From NCBI GenBank assembly GCA_964016885.1, contig OZ024744.1, forward strand, positions 76,942,001 to 77,006,000: 64,000 nucleotides of DNA. The letters run 5' to 3'. How positions within the stretch are numbered: the first letter of the stretch is position 1; every line of letters starts with the position of its first letter. Position numbers and translations under genes: made by a program. The notes below the pieces were generated by a model. That model ran no database searches. It saw nothing but the letters and a program-made list of their open reading frames with translations, and was not told the DNA's origin. The stretch comes from Eledone cirrhosa. Its lineage: Eukaryota. This document shows, in pieces, positions 1-11,823 of this stretch.

Positions 1-11
1 GAGAGTTCTAT

Positions 12-92
<81 letters not shown>

Positions 93-98
<6 letters not shown>

Positions 99-416
99 AA
101 TAATATAACAAGGACGATTGGTTACTCCTTCATTGCGTTTATTGGTTGGTGACGTGTGTTTCGCCACTGATCAGCTCAAGGTTCGATCTGTATCAATCCG
201 ACCCGACTCTGTAATCCGCGGCTCATCAGACTCCTTGTAATGCTAATGGAAAAAAATTACCATTACCATTACAAGGGGTCTGACGAGCCGCGGATTACAG
301 AGTCGGGTCGAATCGATACAGATCGAACCTTGATCTGATCAGTGGGGAAACGCGCGTCACCAACCAATAAACGTAAAGAAGGAGTAACCAATCGTCCTTC
401 TTATTTTATTACACTA
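93..416. mobile_element. Inverted pair (3' ends outward) of a PLE/retrozyme-like terminal unit carrying hammerhead motifs
   Basis: Near-perfect palindrome centred near 255, flanked by (TA)n and (CA)n. Each arm has CTGAYGAG..GAAAC..GTC followed by AATAAA. A third, degenerate copy lies at about 6590-6712. Confidence 0.75.
277..361 (+). ncRNA. Type I hammerhead ribozyme motif with long helix-II insert (mirror copy 148-232 on minus strand)
   Basis: GGT-CTGACGA-GCCGC-(insert)-GTGGG-GAAAC-GCGC-GTC-ACC. The minus copy reads AGT-CTGATGA-GCCGC..GTGGC-GAAAC-ACAC-GTC-ACC. Confidence 0.65.
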
Positions 417-445
417 CACACACACTACACACACACACACACACA

Positions 446-556
<111 letters not shown>

Positions 557-961
557 TCCAATACCGAACAGAAACATCCAGCTCGTTCGTCAGACAAAAC
601 AATATAATTGAACGAACTAGACATTTCTGCAAGAATCATCTAGTTTCTCGAAATCTTCGGTAATGGAATAATTATATGTTGTTGTTTATTATGTAATTAA
701 ATAGCTCTGTACAATACATAAAGCACTCTTTTTTCCTTGACAAAATATCTGACTCATTTTACCAATAATAATAATAATAGCAAAATTAGCAGAATTTTCT
801 CTAATTTCTAGACTACATAATTGATACACAAGCAACAAAAATCGAAGCAACGGTTAGGGTTTTCAGAAAATACCCTAGCCTCATTACAGTAAGTTGGTTA
901 TTGGATAAAATAAAGTAGAATTAAAGACCAATATTTCAAAAATCAACTAATAATAATAATG

Positions 962-1380
962 ATTTCTACTATAGCCACAAGGCCAGCAATTTTAGGGGAG
1001 GGGAAAGTCGATTAAATCGAACACAGTGCATTACTGATGCCTTATTTTATCGACCCCCGTAACGATGAAAGGCAAAGTTAACCTAGGCGGGTTTGAACTC
1101 AGAACCTAAAGGGCCATAACCCTATGCCGCAAAGCATAGCGTCCGACGCTCTACCGATATTGCCAATCCACCATTTTTAATCTACTGAAAATAATTGTTT
1201 CTACTTTAGGCACAAGGCCAGCAATTACCAGTACATTACTGGTACTTTATTTTATCGACCCCGTAAGGATGAAAGGCAAAGTTAACCTCTGCGGGATTTG
1301 AACTCAAACCGTAAAGGGACGTAACTATGCTAGAAAGTATGGCGTCCAACCCTCTACCGATACTGCCAATTCACCGCCCT
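962..1380 (-). mobile_element. Two tandem copies of tRNA-derived SINE family 1
   Basis: Reverse complement shows A-box-like TGGCAGTATCGG, B-box GAGTTCAAATCC, core GCCTTTCATCCTTACGGGGTCGATAAAATAAAGTACCAG and tail GGCCTTGTGCCTAAAGTAGAAAC+(TTA)n. Confidence 0.85.
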
Positions 1381-1864
1381 GAAAATAATGATAATCTAAT
1401 GGTTTCTCTTGATACTTTATTGTTGGTGCTTCATAATCCCGGCAGACAGAATGGATGGAAAATACGGTGATTGAGTATGATACACTGAAAGATTCAGTCC
1501 AAATCACGGGCTGTTTTTTGGTTTTTTTTTCTTTCCGGATGACCATCTCAATCCCGACCAAGGTAAGTAATAGGTTGTTCAGGAACCCAGAACGCCAGAT
1601 GTGTCCACCGCTCTGGGTTCGATGAGAATTATATCGGAAAGCGACCAGTACTTTGTCAGCTTGCGATCTTCATTCAGGCGGTCAAGTGACTGGACTTGGG
1701 TCTAACTCTGATTTTACCAGGTTGCTACTGGAGAGAAAATATAGCTGAATGCCACATTCCGGATAAGGAGTTTACCCACCCCAGAAAAGGAAGATTGTGA
1801 TGCCGTCTAGTCTTCTAGTGTTTTAAGCGCAATGGGAAGCCAGCTGTATCCAAGCCATGTTTAA

Positions 1865-2222
1865 CCCTTTTTTTTTTTTTTGTCGGACTGCCAGTAACCT
1901 CCCCTCGTTCAAAAATACTGTTTATTTAAAAAAAGCCCCCAACATAGTTTTTTGTAAGAACCTTTGTTGAGTTATGTTCCAAACACCAATTTAATGAGAA
2001 TGTTAGCTATATTACTAAACCTATTCCTTTTTATGTAAGAAGCTTTATCTAAAAATCTCCCATAATAATTTTCTGTGAGAGCCTTCGTTAAGTTATGCTC
2101 CAAACACCAGTTAATAATGTGAGGGTTAGTTATTACTAAACCCACAGATTATTTTTAGCATTTTCAAAATTATATAGAAACCATAGGCAGTGTTTTTCAT
2201 TAGGAATATGGTTATGAAAGGG
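1865..2222. mobile_element. piggyBac-like MITE
   Basis: TTAA|CCCTTT at 1861 and AAAGGG|TTAA at 2217-2226, with an internal ~120-bp duplication. Confidence 0.5.
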
Positions 2223-2495
2223 TTAACGATCTAAACTATTTCAAAACTACTTCGTAAATAAAGGTGTGGATCTAAACCTTTAACACTAAACTTGACAGAT
2301 AAACAAATAGTAGTTGAATATTCGTAAAATATGAGATTGTCAAACTACTCCTCTCTCTTTATATGTTGTACACAGGCAGCATATGTAAAGAGAGAGGAGT
2401 AGTATGAGATTGTCAAACTACTCCTCCCTCTTTACGTGTTGTGACAGAATCGTAGAAATATCTATATATATCTATATCTATCTATCTATCTCTGG

Positions 2496-2568
<73 letters not shown>

Positions 2569-2967
2569 CTAAAACGATGTGATTGTGTGCTTCTCTGTAA
2601 TTCAATACAGCCAAAACGGCGCATAATGGAAAAATACTTTGAAAGGAAGTTGCCCCCGAAACGGGAATACAAATGGAATAAAACAAGTTTCGCGAGATAC
2701 GGGGTTTTTCCGGGTACCTTCATAGAGAGAGAGAAAGATTGAGGGAAAGAGAAAGTGGTTGTGAGAGAGTAGATTGAAAGAGAGGCATGGGGAGAGATAG
2801 AGAGAGAGAGGGGGAGAGAGAGAGATGGAAAATAGAAGAGAGAGAGAGACAGCTGGTGGTGATGTTGAATGAAAGTGACTTCAAAGAATTGAATACAGCA
2901 TTAATGTATCTAGATCGAATTTGGTGACAGAATATTAAATCATATGTAAATAGGAAGATTTTCTAAA

Positions 2968-3025
<58 letters not shown>

Positions 3026-3026
<1 letters not shown>

Positions 3027-4402
3027 TAGCTGAGCTACCTGGTGATTCCCGGGTATTTTATTAAAGTTACAACATTTTACCATTGAAATATGATTGCTGA
3101 ATTTTAACTAAAGTAGGAATTATAGCAGAATAGCAGTTTGTTTAAAGCAAATCATGTAGATAAAAATATTATTAGTTTTGTCCAGATGTGATTTTTTAAA
3201 ACTGCTCCCTAATACAGTCAGCATATATAATGCTTCGCACTTGGAGGAATCATTAGGTATGTTGTCAGTGAAAAGGGCATGACCAAAAAATAAATTTAGA
3301 TTTTATTTATCCTTTTTATTTTTTTTTAACACAATCAGAACCTCTGAAATTCAAACAAAATGTGAAGGCTATTTTAAAAAGCATAAATAAAATAAAATTA
3401 AAATAATAAATTTACCATTGGTTTATGAATGAATGAAGAATTTACTTACTCATTTCTGTAATTCAGGAAAAGTTATTTAAATTGTCTAAGTGTGGTAAAT
3501 ATATACATATATACGAGGAACCAACCTCCCACTGTCACTGCCTCCATCTCTCCCGATCTCCCACCACTCACTATTATGAGCAAATGGCGACCCACGCGCT
3601 GACCGGCCAGCAACCCACGTGGTCGGAATAGAGGATGATGAGGGAGATGCGCTGGAAAATCCATTCCGGCTTGCGAGGCTCACCCCTGTGGGTAGCCAAC
3701 TCTGTGCCAATGGTGGTGAGTTGGGAGGTAGCCCTAGAGCCAAGGACTCCAGAAATCTCCATTGCTATGGGCTCAACAACAAACCTGTCGGAGAGCGACC
3801 GATATTTGGAGAGTTTACGCTCCTTGGCGGCAGAGCCTGGGTTAATTAAAATGTTTACACTGTAGCTTTCACCAACTTTTACTTCCATGGCAGTAGGATC
3901 TTGTTTGAGGGAGATTTGTTTCTATTTCTTTTAGGTACACCAACAGTTATAGTGGCTTCCATGACACACACATGCATGTGTGTGTGTTTGTGTGTGTAAG
4001 ACTGTTTGCTGTGATTTGAAATGGATTTTGCTAATATTTCTAGTAGATCGAGGTGTCACATACAACCTTCCCTTTTTGCATCATATATATATACATTCAT
4101 GAGACAGTAGACTGGGATATATATGTCTCTAACTTAAGTACAGTGGCAAACACACACACACTTATCTCTAATTTAAGAACACAGGGACACACATGGGCGC
4201 GCGTGCACACACACACGCTCACATACACACAGTCTCATTACGACTTTTGTGAAAGAGAGAGAGAAAGAGAAGTAATGTTAAGAAAGGAGTTAGTTAAGAG
4301 GTGCTTAAAAAATAAATAAAAAGTTAGTTATCGAACTATGATATCATTTTTCTGTTTGCTTTCTCTCTCTTTCTTAGGTTCTCTTTCTCTCTCTCTCTCA
4401 TC

Positions 4403-4461
<59 letters not shown>

Positions 4462-4756
4462 CCACTCTCTCTCTCTCTTATCCACTCTCTCTCACCCCCT
4501 CTCTTTCTCTCTCTTTCTCTACAGAATGAAGAACAAAAAAACAAATAAGTTGTTGCCTCGTTTTGGAGGAGGAAGGGGAGAAGTAGGAGGGAGGGTTTAA
4601 TGTCCCCAGGGGTTCTATGATTTTTACTGAAATCCAATTAGCCAGTCCTGTTCCTGAATATTAGCTTAACATGTGTGTAAAGTTTCATCATGATCGGCTC
4701 ACTAGTTTAGACGCCAACAGGTTACACAGAGACAGACAGACATTGCCATTTATATA

Positions 4757-4760
<4 letters not shown>
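3026..4760 (-). mobile_element. Non-autonomous Helitron-like element containing nested fragments
   Basis: CTAG terminus with a subterminal hairpin (ACCTGG..CCGGGT) at 3026-3055. The other end has (GACA)n plus TTTATATA, the same layout as 5434-6068. Confidence 0.45.
3500..3845 (-). mobile_element. CRE-type (RLE) LINE 3' fragment
   Basis: Translates as PGSAAKERKLSKYRSLSDRFVVEPIAMEISGVLG..WIFQRISL, homologous to copies at 19000, 54190 and 55530. Confidence 0.7.
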
Positions 4761-4805
<45 letters not shown>

Positions 4806-4850
4806 GAAAGTAAAACAAAGAAGCCTTCAATACATCAAAAGTCTTTATTA

Positions 4851-4888
4851 GCCAACAATGTTTCGTCCTATTAAGGACTCATCAGGGC
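4851..4888 (-). ncRNA. Canonical minimal type I hammerhead ribozyme
   Basis: GCC-CTGATGA-GTCCT-TAAT-AGGAC-GAAAC-ATT-GTT-GGC. All conserved core nucleotides are present and helices I, II and III pair. Confidence 0.85.
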
Positions 4889-5433
4889 AATTAAAACAAC
4901 AAGAAGTATTATCGGCCAATACAAGCCGGAAACTCCGAAGAATATGGAGTGTACATACACTAAAGTATTGCAAGATTATGTGTAAAAATATATAATAAAA
5001 ATATATAATAAAAATCACTAAGGAGGTGTATAACATATAGAACCATATTACAAATATAGTCCAAAGCAAAAAAACCCTAGAGCTAAACAAAGGTGGTTAT
5101 ATAGAGCAGGAATTATATATAATACAATGTAATATAATATAATATACCTTTACCAATATTAAAATTACAATAAAAATCAAAAGGTACAATATACATATGT
5201 ATATATGTACGCACACGTACGCACACATACACATACATCAATACACATATCCATCTTCAACTGCACAAATTAAACCTTATTAAGAGTTTGAATATAAATA
5301 AGCATGATAGGAATAAAAATAATAATAATAATAATAATAATAATACATATACCCAATATACATGAGGTAATAATATGATATTATTATAAGTAGCACATAT
5401 AATATATAATAAACTATACAATTATATACTATA

Positions 5434-6068
5434 CTAGCAGTAAAGCCCGGCGTTGCTCGGGGTCGCTCAGTAGCTGTGTTAAAGTTACAATGTTAAGTTT
5501 CTTTTTTGGCTTAAAGTCTGTCTGCACGACTGTCTGTCTGCACGCCTAACGAAATTTACAGATACATATATTTTAAATAAACTTATATAATTTTTGCTTT
5601 TTTTTACGAAATATTTGCTTGTTTTACTTAGTCTTTAAATATACTTGTTTTCAAGTAAAAATATTGTTTTAAAAGGCTTTTAAATGGAAATGAAGCAAAA
5701 CGAAAGCTTAGTCTTCGAACTGATGAATTTTGCAGGTCAAAATTTTGCTGGCTCGACAACTGTTCGTGTATTGTGTTAATGTCATTTTAAACGCTGAGAA
5801 AGCCAGCGTAATTTTTTTAATTTTTGCACGCAGAAAATGTAAACAGAACAAAGGGAAATAACTCGTCACTTACGCTCAAAAATCGATACATTAGATTCGA
5901 TTTCGTCACATAGGGTGGGTCAATTTGAAATATCTTTTTTCCGATGTCTTCGCTAGGGCTCAATGTACAAGTATAGGAATTTCGGTGCAATTCCGTCAGA
6001 GATTCTAAGAGGAGATGTGTGCCAAAAATCGATAGACAGACAGACAACCACAGGTTTATATATATAGA
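5434..6068 (-). mobile_element. Non-autonomous Helitron
   Basis: On the minus strand it starts A|TCTATATATATAAA, has (GTCT)n near the 5' end, and ends with hairpin CCCGAGCAACGCCGGG then CTAG|T. No TSD. Confidence 0.75.
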
Positions 6069-6471
6069 TAATATAATATAATAGAATAGATAATCTCCAG
6101 TTAATTTACACAAACAATATAGATGTCACAATAATACTATAATAATAATATACTAACATTTATAATATACAATATATAATGGCATTCAAGTTAACAAATC
6201 AATTCATATAGAGTTACAGAGTAGGTGAGGAAAAATAAATTGTACAATACCCAAAATTATGATGGTACAAAAATATAAACATCTTACATGATATATAAAG
6301 TTTAACATATCATAATGTTACATATAATTAACGGTAAGTAATAAGGATCGATATTACAATAACAAATACAATATAATATAATATAAAATAATTAACATAA
6401 TATAATATATAATATATAATATATAATTACTTATAATTACAAGGTTGGTAAACAGACATGTATATATATAG

Positions 6472-6915
6472 GGAGTGTAACGCGGAGTTACTGTAGGTTC
6501 ACCCGGGTGGGCACCCGATGTTTAGTATGGCGTCATTATCGAGGTGTAGAGCTAGACAAAGTGTAATATTCTGTCATTACAGCTACAGAGGTACGACGAG
6601 CTTTTGATTCCAGAGTCGGGCCAGATGGATACAGATCGAAACCTTGAGCTGATCAGTAGCCAAACGTGCGTCACCAACCAATAAACGTAATGAAGGAGTA
6701 ACCAATCGTACTCATATAACTTTGCCTTTCATCCTTACGAGGGTCGATAAAATAAAGTACCAGTAATGTACTGGGTAATTGCTGGCCTTGTGCCAAAAAG
6801 TAGAAACAGTTATCATATTACACTCTGTCTAGCTCTACACCTCGATAATAACGTGAACCTAAACATCGAGTGCTCACCTGGGTGAACCTACAGTAACTTC
6901 GCGTTACACTCCCTG
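6472..6915. mobile_element. Degenerate copy of the 93-416 family with inverted ~100-bp arms and a SINE fragment (6716-6812)
   Basis: 6472-6570 is the reverse complement of 6815-6915, and 6590-6712 matches 280-398. A further fragment lies at about 52146-52220. Confidence 0.6.
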
Positions 6916-7176
6916 GATATATATATATATATATATATAATATATTTAGAAACACACAGATACATGCGGACACACACATATACATGAATGCATCCACACC
7001 TAACCGTGAGTTAATGGTGCCAACCTTACCGATGTTGCTCAATGAATGACTGGAACAGACCAATCCGGTTGAACTAGACTGAACCAGTATCAGAGTTAAA
7101 AATACATTATGAAGAGAGAAGAAACATTTAGATATAATTAGTAATAAAATGTATCATACCTAAACTGCTCCTAGAT

Positions 7177-7266
7177 TCCTCGACTACGTAGTTTCGTGGC
7201 ATAAACAAAAACAGTACATCATAAAGATATAGAGCCTTTGCGAGGTCTGCCGACTTATCAAGAGGA
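7177..7266 (-). ncRNA. Type I hammerhead motif, U3-A8 core variant, long helix-II loop
   Basis: TCCTC-TTGATAA-GTCGGCA-(insert)-TGCCAC-GAAAC-TACGTA-GTC-GAGGA, with a perfect 5-bp helix I and a palindromic loop III. Confidence 0.75.
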
Positions 7267-7484
7267 TACCTCATTTTACTAGCTTCAAGAACGCGTCTAC
7301 ACTACGTGAGAAAGAATCCCAAAAGGCGGAGGGGGAGATAGTCACGCGATATAACGGTCGAGAAACAGATATATATATATAGGGCGGTGGATTGTTGGCA
7401 GTATCTGCAGAGTCGGACACCAAATTTGCAGCATAGAGTTACGGTCCTTTACGGTGTGTGTGTGTGTGTGTATGAGTGTGTGTG

Positions 7485-7522
<38 letters not shown>

Positions 7523-7619
7523 ATATATAGATACCCACATAGCAAAAGATAGAAGGAAAAAAAAGAAGAAAAAGAAAAGAAAATTTAAGCATCGAATGAA
7601 AGGGGAAAGAAAGGATGAA

Positions 7620-8385
7620 GCGGCAGATTGAACATTGCAGCCTGAGTGGCGTGCTCCAGCTGCGCTTAGCAGACAAAATGGCAAAGGCATTGCCGCAGAG
7701 AATGGCCAACGACAAACGCTGCAACAATCACCCTACATCACGGGGCATACACCAGCTCGGACGGTATGCTTTAGCTGCGCCCAGCAGAAAAATAAAATGC
7801 CGAAGTTATTAGCCGAGGAGAATGACCAGTGATAAACGCTGCAACAACCACCCTACCTCACTGAGCTCCTACCGTAGGCGGACTGCATGCTTCAAAAATG
7901 GCGAAAGCATTGCTGAGGAGAATGACCAGTGACAAACGCTGCAACAACCACCCTACCTCACTGAGCTCCTACCGTAGGCGGACTGCATGCTTCAAAAATG
8001 GCGAAAGCATTGCTGAGGAGAATGACCAGTGACAAACGCTGCAACAACCACCCTACCTCACTGAGCTCCTACCGTAGGCGGACTGCATGCTTCAAAAATG
8101 GCGAAAGCATTGCTGAGGAGAATGACCAGTGACAAACGCTGCAACAACCACCCTACCTCACTGAGCTCCTACCGTAGGCGGACTGCATGCTTCAAAAATG
8201 GCGAAAGCATTGCTGAGGAGAATGACCAGTGACAAACGCTGCAACAACCACCCTACCTCACTGAGCTCCTACCGTAGGCGGACTGCATGCTTCAAAAATG
8301 GCGAAAGCATTGCTGAGGAGAATGACCAGTGACAAACGCTGCAACGGCCATCTTACCTCACAGAGCTCTACCTTAGGCGAACTGC
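7620..8385 (-). repeat. 100-bp tandem array derived from a CRE-type LINE C-terminus
   Basis: GAGGAGAATGACCAGTG starts at 7815, 7915, 8015, 8115, 8215 and 8315. The minus strand reads GWLLQRLSLVILLSNAFAIF, matching LQRLSLAILCGNAFAILSA in the adjacent diverged unit. Confidence 0.8.
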
Positions 8386-8399
8386 GTAATGTAATTTAA

Positions 8400-8790
8400 T
8401 TGTTTCTACTTTTGGCACAAGCCCAGCAATTACCCCAGTGCATTACTGGTACTTTATTTTATCAGCCCCGTAATGGTGAAAGGCAAATTTAACCCCGGCG
8501 GGATTTGAACTCAGAACGTAAAGGGCCATAATGCTATGCTGCAATGCAAGTTGTCCGATGCTCTACCGATACTGCCAACCCAATAATAATACTAATAATA
8601 ATATTTTTTTTTTACTTTTGGTACAAGGCAGGGCAATTAACCCTGGGTGTTACTGGCACTTTATTTTATCAACCCCGTAACGATGAAAGGCAAAGCTAAC
8701 CTCGGCGGGATTTGAACTCAGAACGTAAAGGGCCATAACTCTATGCTGCAAAGCATGGTGTCTGACGTTCTACCGATTCTGCCAATCCGT
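8400..8790 (-). mobile_element. Two SINE family 1 copies
   Basis: Same core and tail as 962-1380, separated by (AAT)n. Confidence 0.85.
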
Positions 8791-9184
8791 AATTTAATGT
8801 CAATGAACTGATTTCTCTATTTTCACACTTTGTATTCATTTCTCTGACGCCGAGAGAAATATAAGAACAGTTCAAATTTCTCTTATTTCCTTGTTCTATA
8901 AATCAAGACATTCATAATACAAGGTTGTACGCGGTAACATCAAGTTAGCCTAGATATTTTATTTAGCTACTTTGACACCTCTTTATTTTCCCTTCAGTGA
9001 GTTTATTACGGCATTGAGATGGCCTATCATCACATCACCATCTATGATATAAATAACAGAGGCTGCTGTAGTCAAATCATTTTTATCAAAAATAAGAAAA
9101 AAAAATGATAATAATAAATCATTCACCTATTCCTCCCTTCTTTCGTAGCTTAAAACAGATGAAAGGGCAATGACCAGAAGAATG

Positions 9185-9963
9185 TGAGTGATATGATTTA
9201 CGTTAAGTGATGTGGTTTATACTGAGTGATGTGGTTTATACTGAGTGATTTGGTTTATACTGAGTGATGTGGTTTATACTGAGTGATTTTGGTTTATATT
9301 GAGTGATATTGTTTATACTGAGTTATATGGTTTATACTGAGTGATATGGTTTATACTGAGTGATGTGGTTTATACTGAGTAATGTGGTTTATGCTGCGTG
9401 ATATGGTTTATTCTGAGTGATGTGGTTTATACTGAGTGATATGGTTTATACTGAGTGATATGGTTTATACTGAGTGATATGGTTTATACTGAGTGATATG
9501 GTTTATACTGAGTAATGTGGTTTTTATTGAGTAATGTGGTTTATACTGAGTGATATGGTGTAAACTAAGTTATGTGGTTTATACTGAGTGATATGGTTTA
9601 TACTGAGTGATATGGTTTATACTGAGTGATATGGTTTATACTGAGTGATGTGGTTTATACTGAGTGATATGGTTTATACTGAGTGATGTGGTTTATACTG
9701 AGTGATATGGTTTATACTGAGTGATGTGGTTTATACTGAGTGATATGGTTTATACTGAGTGATGTGGTTTATACTGAGTGATAGCTTTATACTGAGTGAT
9801 ATGGTTTATTATTAGTGATATGGTTTATACTGAGTGATGTGGTTTATACTGAATGATATGGTTTATTATGAGAGGTATAGTTTATACTGAGTGATATGGT
9901 TTATACTGAGTGATATGGTTTATACTGAGTGATATGGTTTATACTGAGTGATATGGTTTATAC
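9185..9963. repeat. 19-bp minisatellite (GGTTTATACTGAGTGATRT)n, about 40 copies
   Basis: Direct reading of the 19-bp periodicity. Confidence 0.95.
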
Positions 9964-10009
9964 GTCGAAACCCGCTTAAATGTTAATCGTTTAATTAACA
10001 TAGTATTGG

Positions 10010-10425
10010 CAATGTATTTGTTTTGCAAGATTTTTTATATGAAATCGTGTGTTGAAACAGATATTGTTATATTTGGGGAGGATATCTTAGTAAAAAATAT
10101 AGTAAAATGCACTTACTGATCGGTTTGGTTTTCGCTCCAGTATATTTTTATATTTCTATTTATATGAACACAATGAGCGGGGGCGTGGGGGGGGGGGGGG
10201 GGGGGGGGCACGATAATCACTGAAGATGTCACAGATATGTGTGACGAAAGAACTAGAGAAACTATATTTATATTTTTATTTTTAACTGTTGGTCAATCAA
10301 CGATAGACATTGATTGCTAGCTAAAATATTTATAGAAATATAAAAATATACTGGAGCGAAACCCAAACCAAACAGCAATATCTGGCAACATTAGGACAAT
10401 ATGACCCTCCCCAAATATAACAATA
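10010..10425. mobile_element. Inverted-arm PLE/retrozyme-like terminal unit with HHR-like motif at 10217-10258
   Basis: About 10060-10160 is inverted relative to about 10330-10425. The motif reads TCA-CTGAAGA-T-GTCACA..TGTGAC-GAAAG-AA-CTA. A second copy at 56290-56820 supplies CTC-TGA, which restores helix I. Confidence 0.55.
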
Positions 10426-11449
10426 ACAGACTATTATTGTAATGTGTCGGTTTCTGGTAGTTCTTTTTTATTTTTTCGTCACTTTGGTTTTACTGTTAGA
10501 TAACCTATAAAAGTTAACCATACATATAAAAAAATCCGTGATGTGTAGAGCCAAACTCCCAAAATTGAAGATGGACAGAGTTAGTGGCGTTGGTCAAAAT
10601 ACTGTTACGAAGGAGATTGTAAAGTCAATAATCAGCTGCAAATGGTATCACTTCCGGTGGAGTTGCCAATGCAGGGAGTTGATGTGAAGTTGGTAGCGAG
10701 AGCAGTCGGTCTGATGTCAGCAGTGTAGTAAAGACAGAAGGTGTAAAATTGGTGATATGAATAGACGGCGTGAAGTTGGGTGGAGAAGAACAACATTACA
10801 CAAGACATACAACCTAGTCCATCGATTTCTTCCTTTCTAAGTAAACTTGGGTAGTTGGGCAGGCTTGCGGTTTCCCAGCTGCTGATTTTGGGCTTTTGGA
10901 GCACATTGCGATATTTCATTGTGTTCCTTTACAATCTGAGTACAAATACTGGAGGTCGCTGCATCTAAAACAAAAATTAGGGTATATTCGTAAAAATATT
11001 ATTCACGACCATCACATCAGCTTCCTTTTCGCAGCGAAGTTACAGGCAATCTTACTCTGTCTGGTTGCTATAAGAAAAAGATTAAATAAATAAAATAACA
11101 TTATACACAAGAGTGAGAGAACTTATAACAGAGCCTTTCCTTTTCGGCCGAGTTCTCATCAACGTTTTCAAGTACCACTTGAAGAGAAAGGTGAGTGTAG
11201 AGATAGAAGCGATGTCTCTCTCTCTCTCTCTCTCTCTCTCGCACACACACAATCCCAGCAAATATGTTAAAGGTGTTGGATCTTGGTGAAGGAAGATGCC
11301 TCCTCTAAATATACGACAGGTCTTTAAATCATAGACAAAACTTCAGACATAGACTTTATATGATACTATTCCTCCATTTACTAATTTGGTTTATCTCTAT
11401 CATATTTCATATATAACAACCAGTTTTGTAACAACTAATTTCATGTAAT

Positions 11450-11508
<59 letters not shown>

Positions 11509-11517
11509 TTCTATCTC

Positions 11518-11558
<41 letters not shown>

Positions 11559-11581
11559 ATGGAAATAAAAATAAATCCTCT

Positions 11582-11823
11582 TCATCGTCATCGTCATCAT
11601 CATCATCATCGTCGTCATCGTCTTCATCATCGTCGTCGTCATCGTCATCGTCATCATCGTCATCGTCATCGTCGTCGTCGTCGTCGTCATCGTCATCATC
11701 ATCATTATCACCATCATCATCATTATCATCATCGTCATCGTCATAGTCGTCGTCGTCGTCGTCGTCGTCGTCATCGTCATCGTCATCATCATCATTATCA
11801 CCATCATCATCATCATTATCATC
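11582..11823. repeat. (CAT)n/(CGT)n compound microsatellite
   Basis: Direct reading. Confidence 0.95.

Larger units (their letters stand above)
4800..6460 (-). mobile_element. Putative PLE 3' region (AT-rich UTR ending in HHR + AATAAA), interrupted by a Helitron
   Basis: HHR at 4851-4888 immediately followed by AATAAA (4844-4849) and then (TA)n. The distal boundary is uncertain. Confidence 0.45.

Noticed and set aside
1530-1570. Consensus splice donor AG|GTAAGT
   Set aside because: No convincing acceptor or reading frame upstream, and such a match is expected by chance.
9185-9963. Regular short repeat as a possible CRISPR array
   Set aside because: Contiguous 19-bp units with no spacers, in a eukaryotic context.
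10440-11070. Possible very degenerate GIY-YIG remnant on minus strand (FCLYYTADIRPT..)
   Set aside because: Motif similarity too weak to support by eye.
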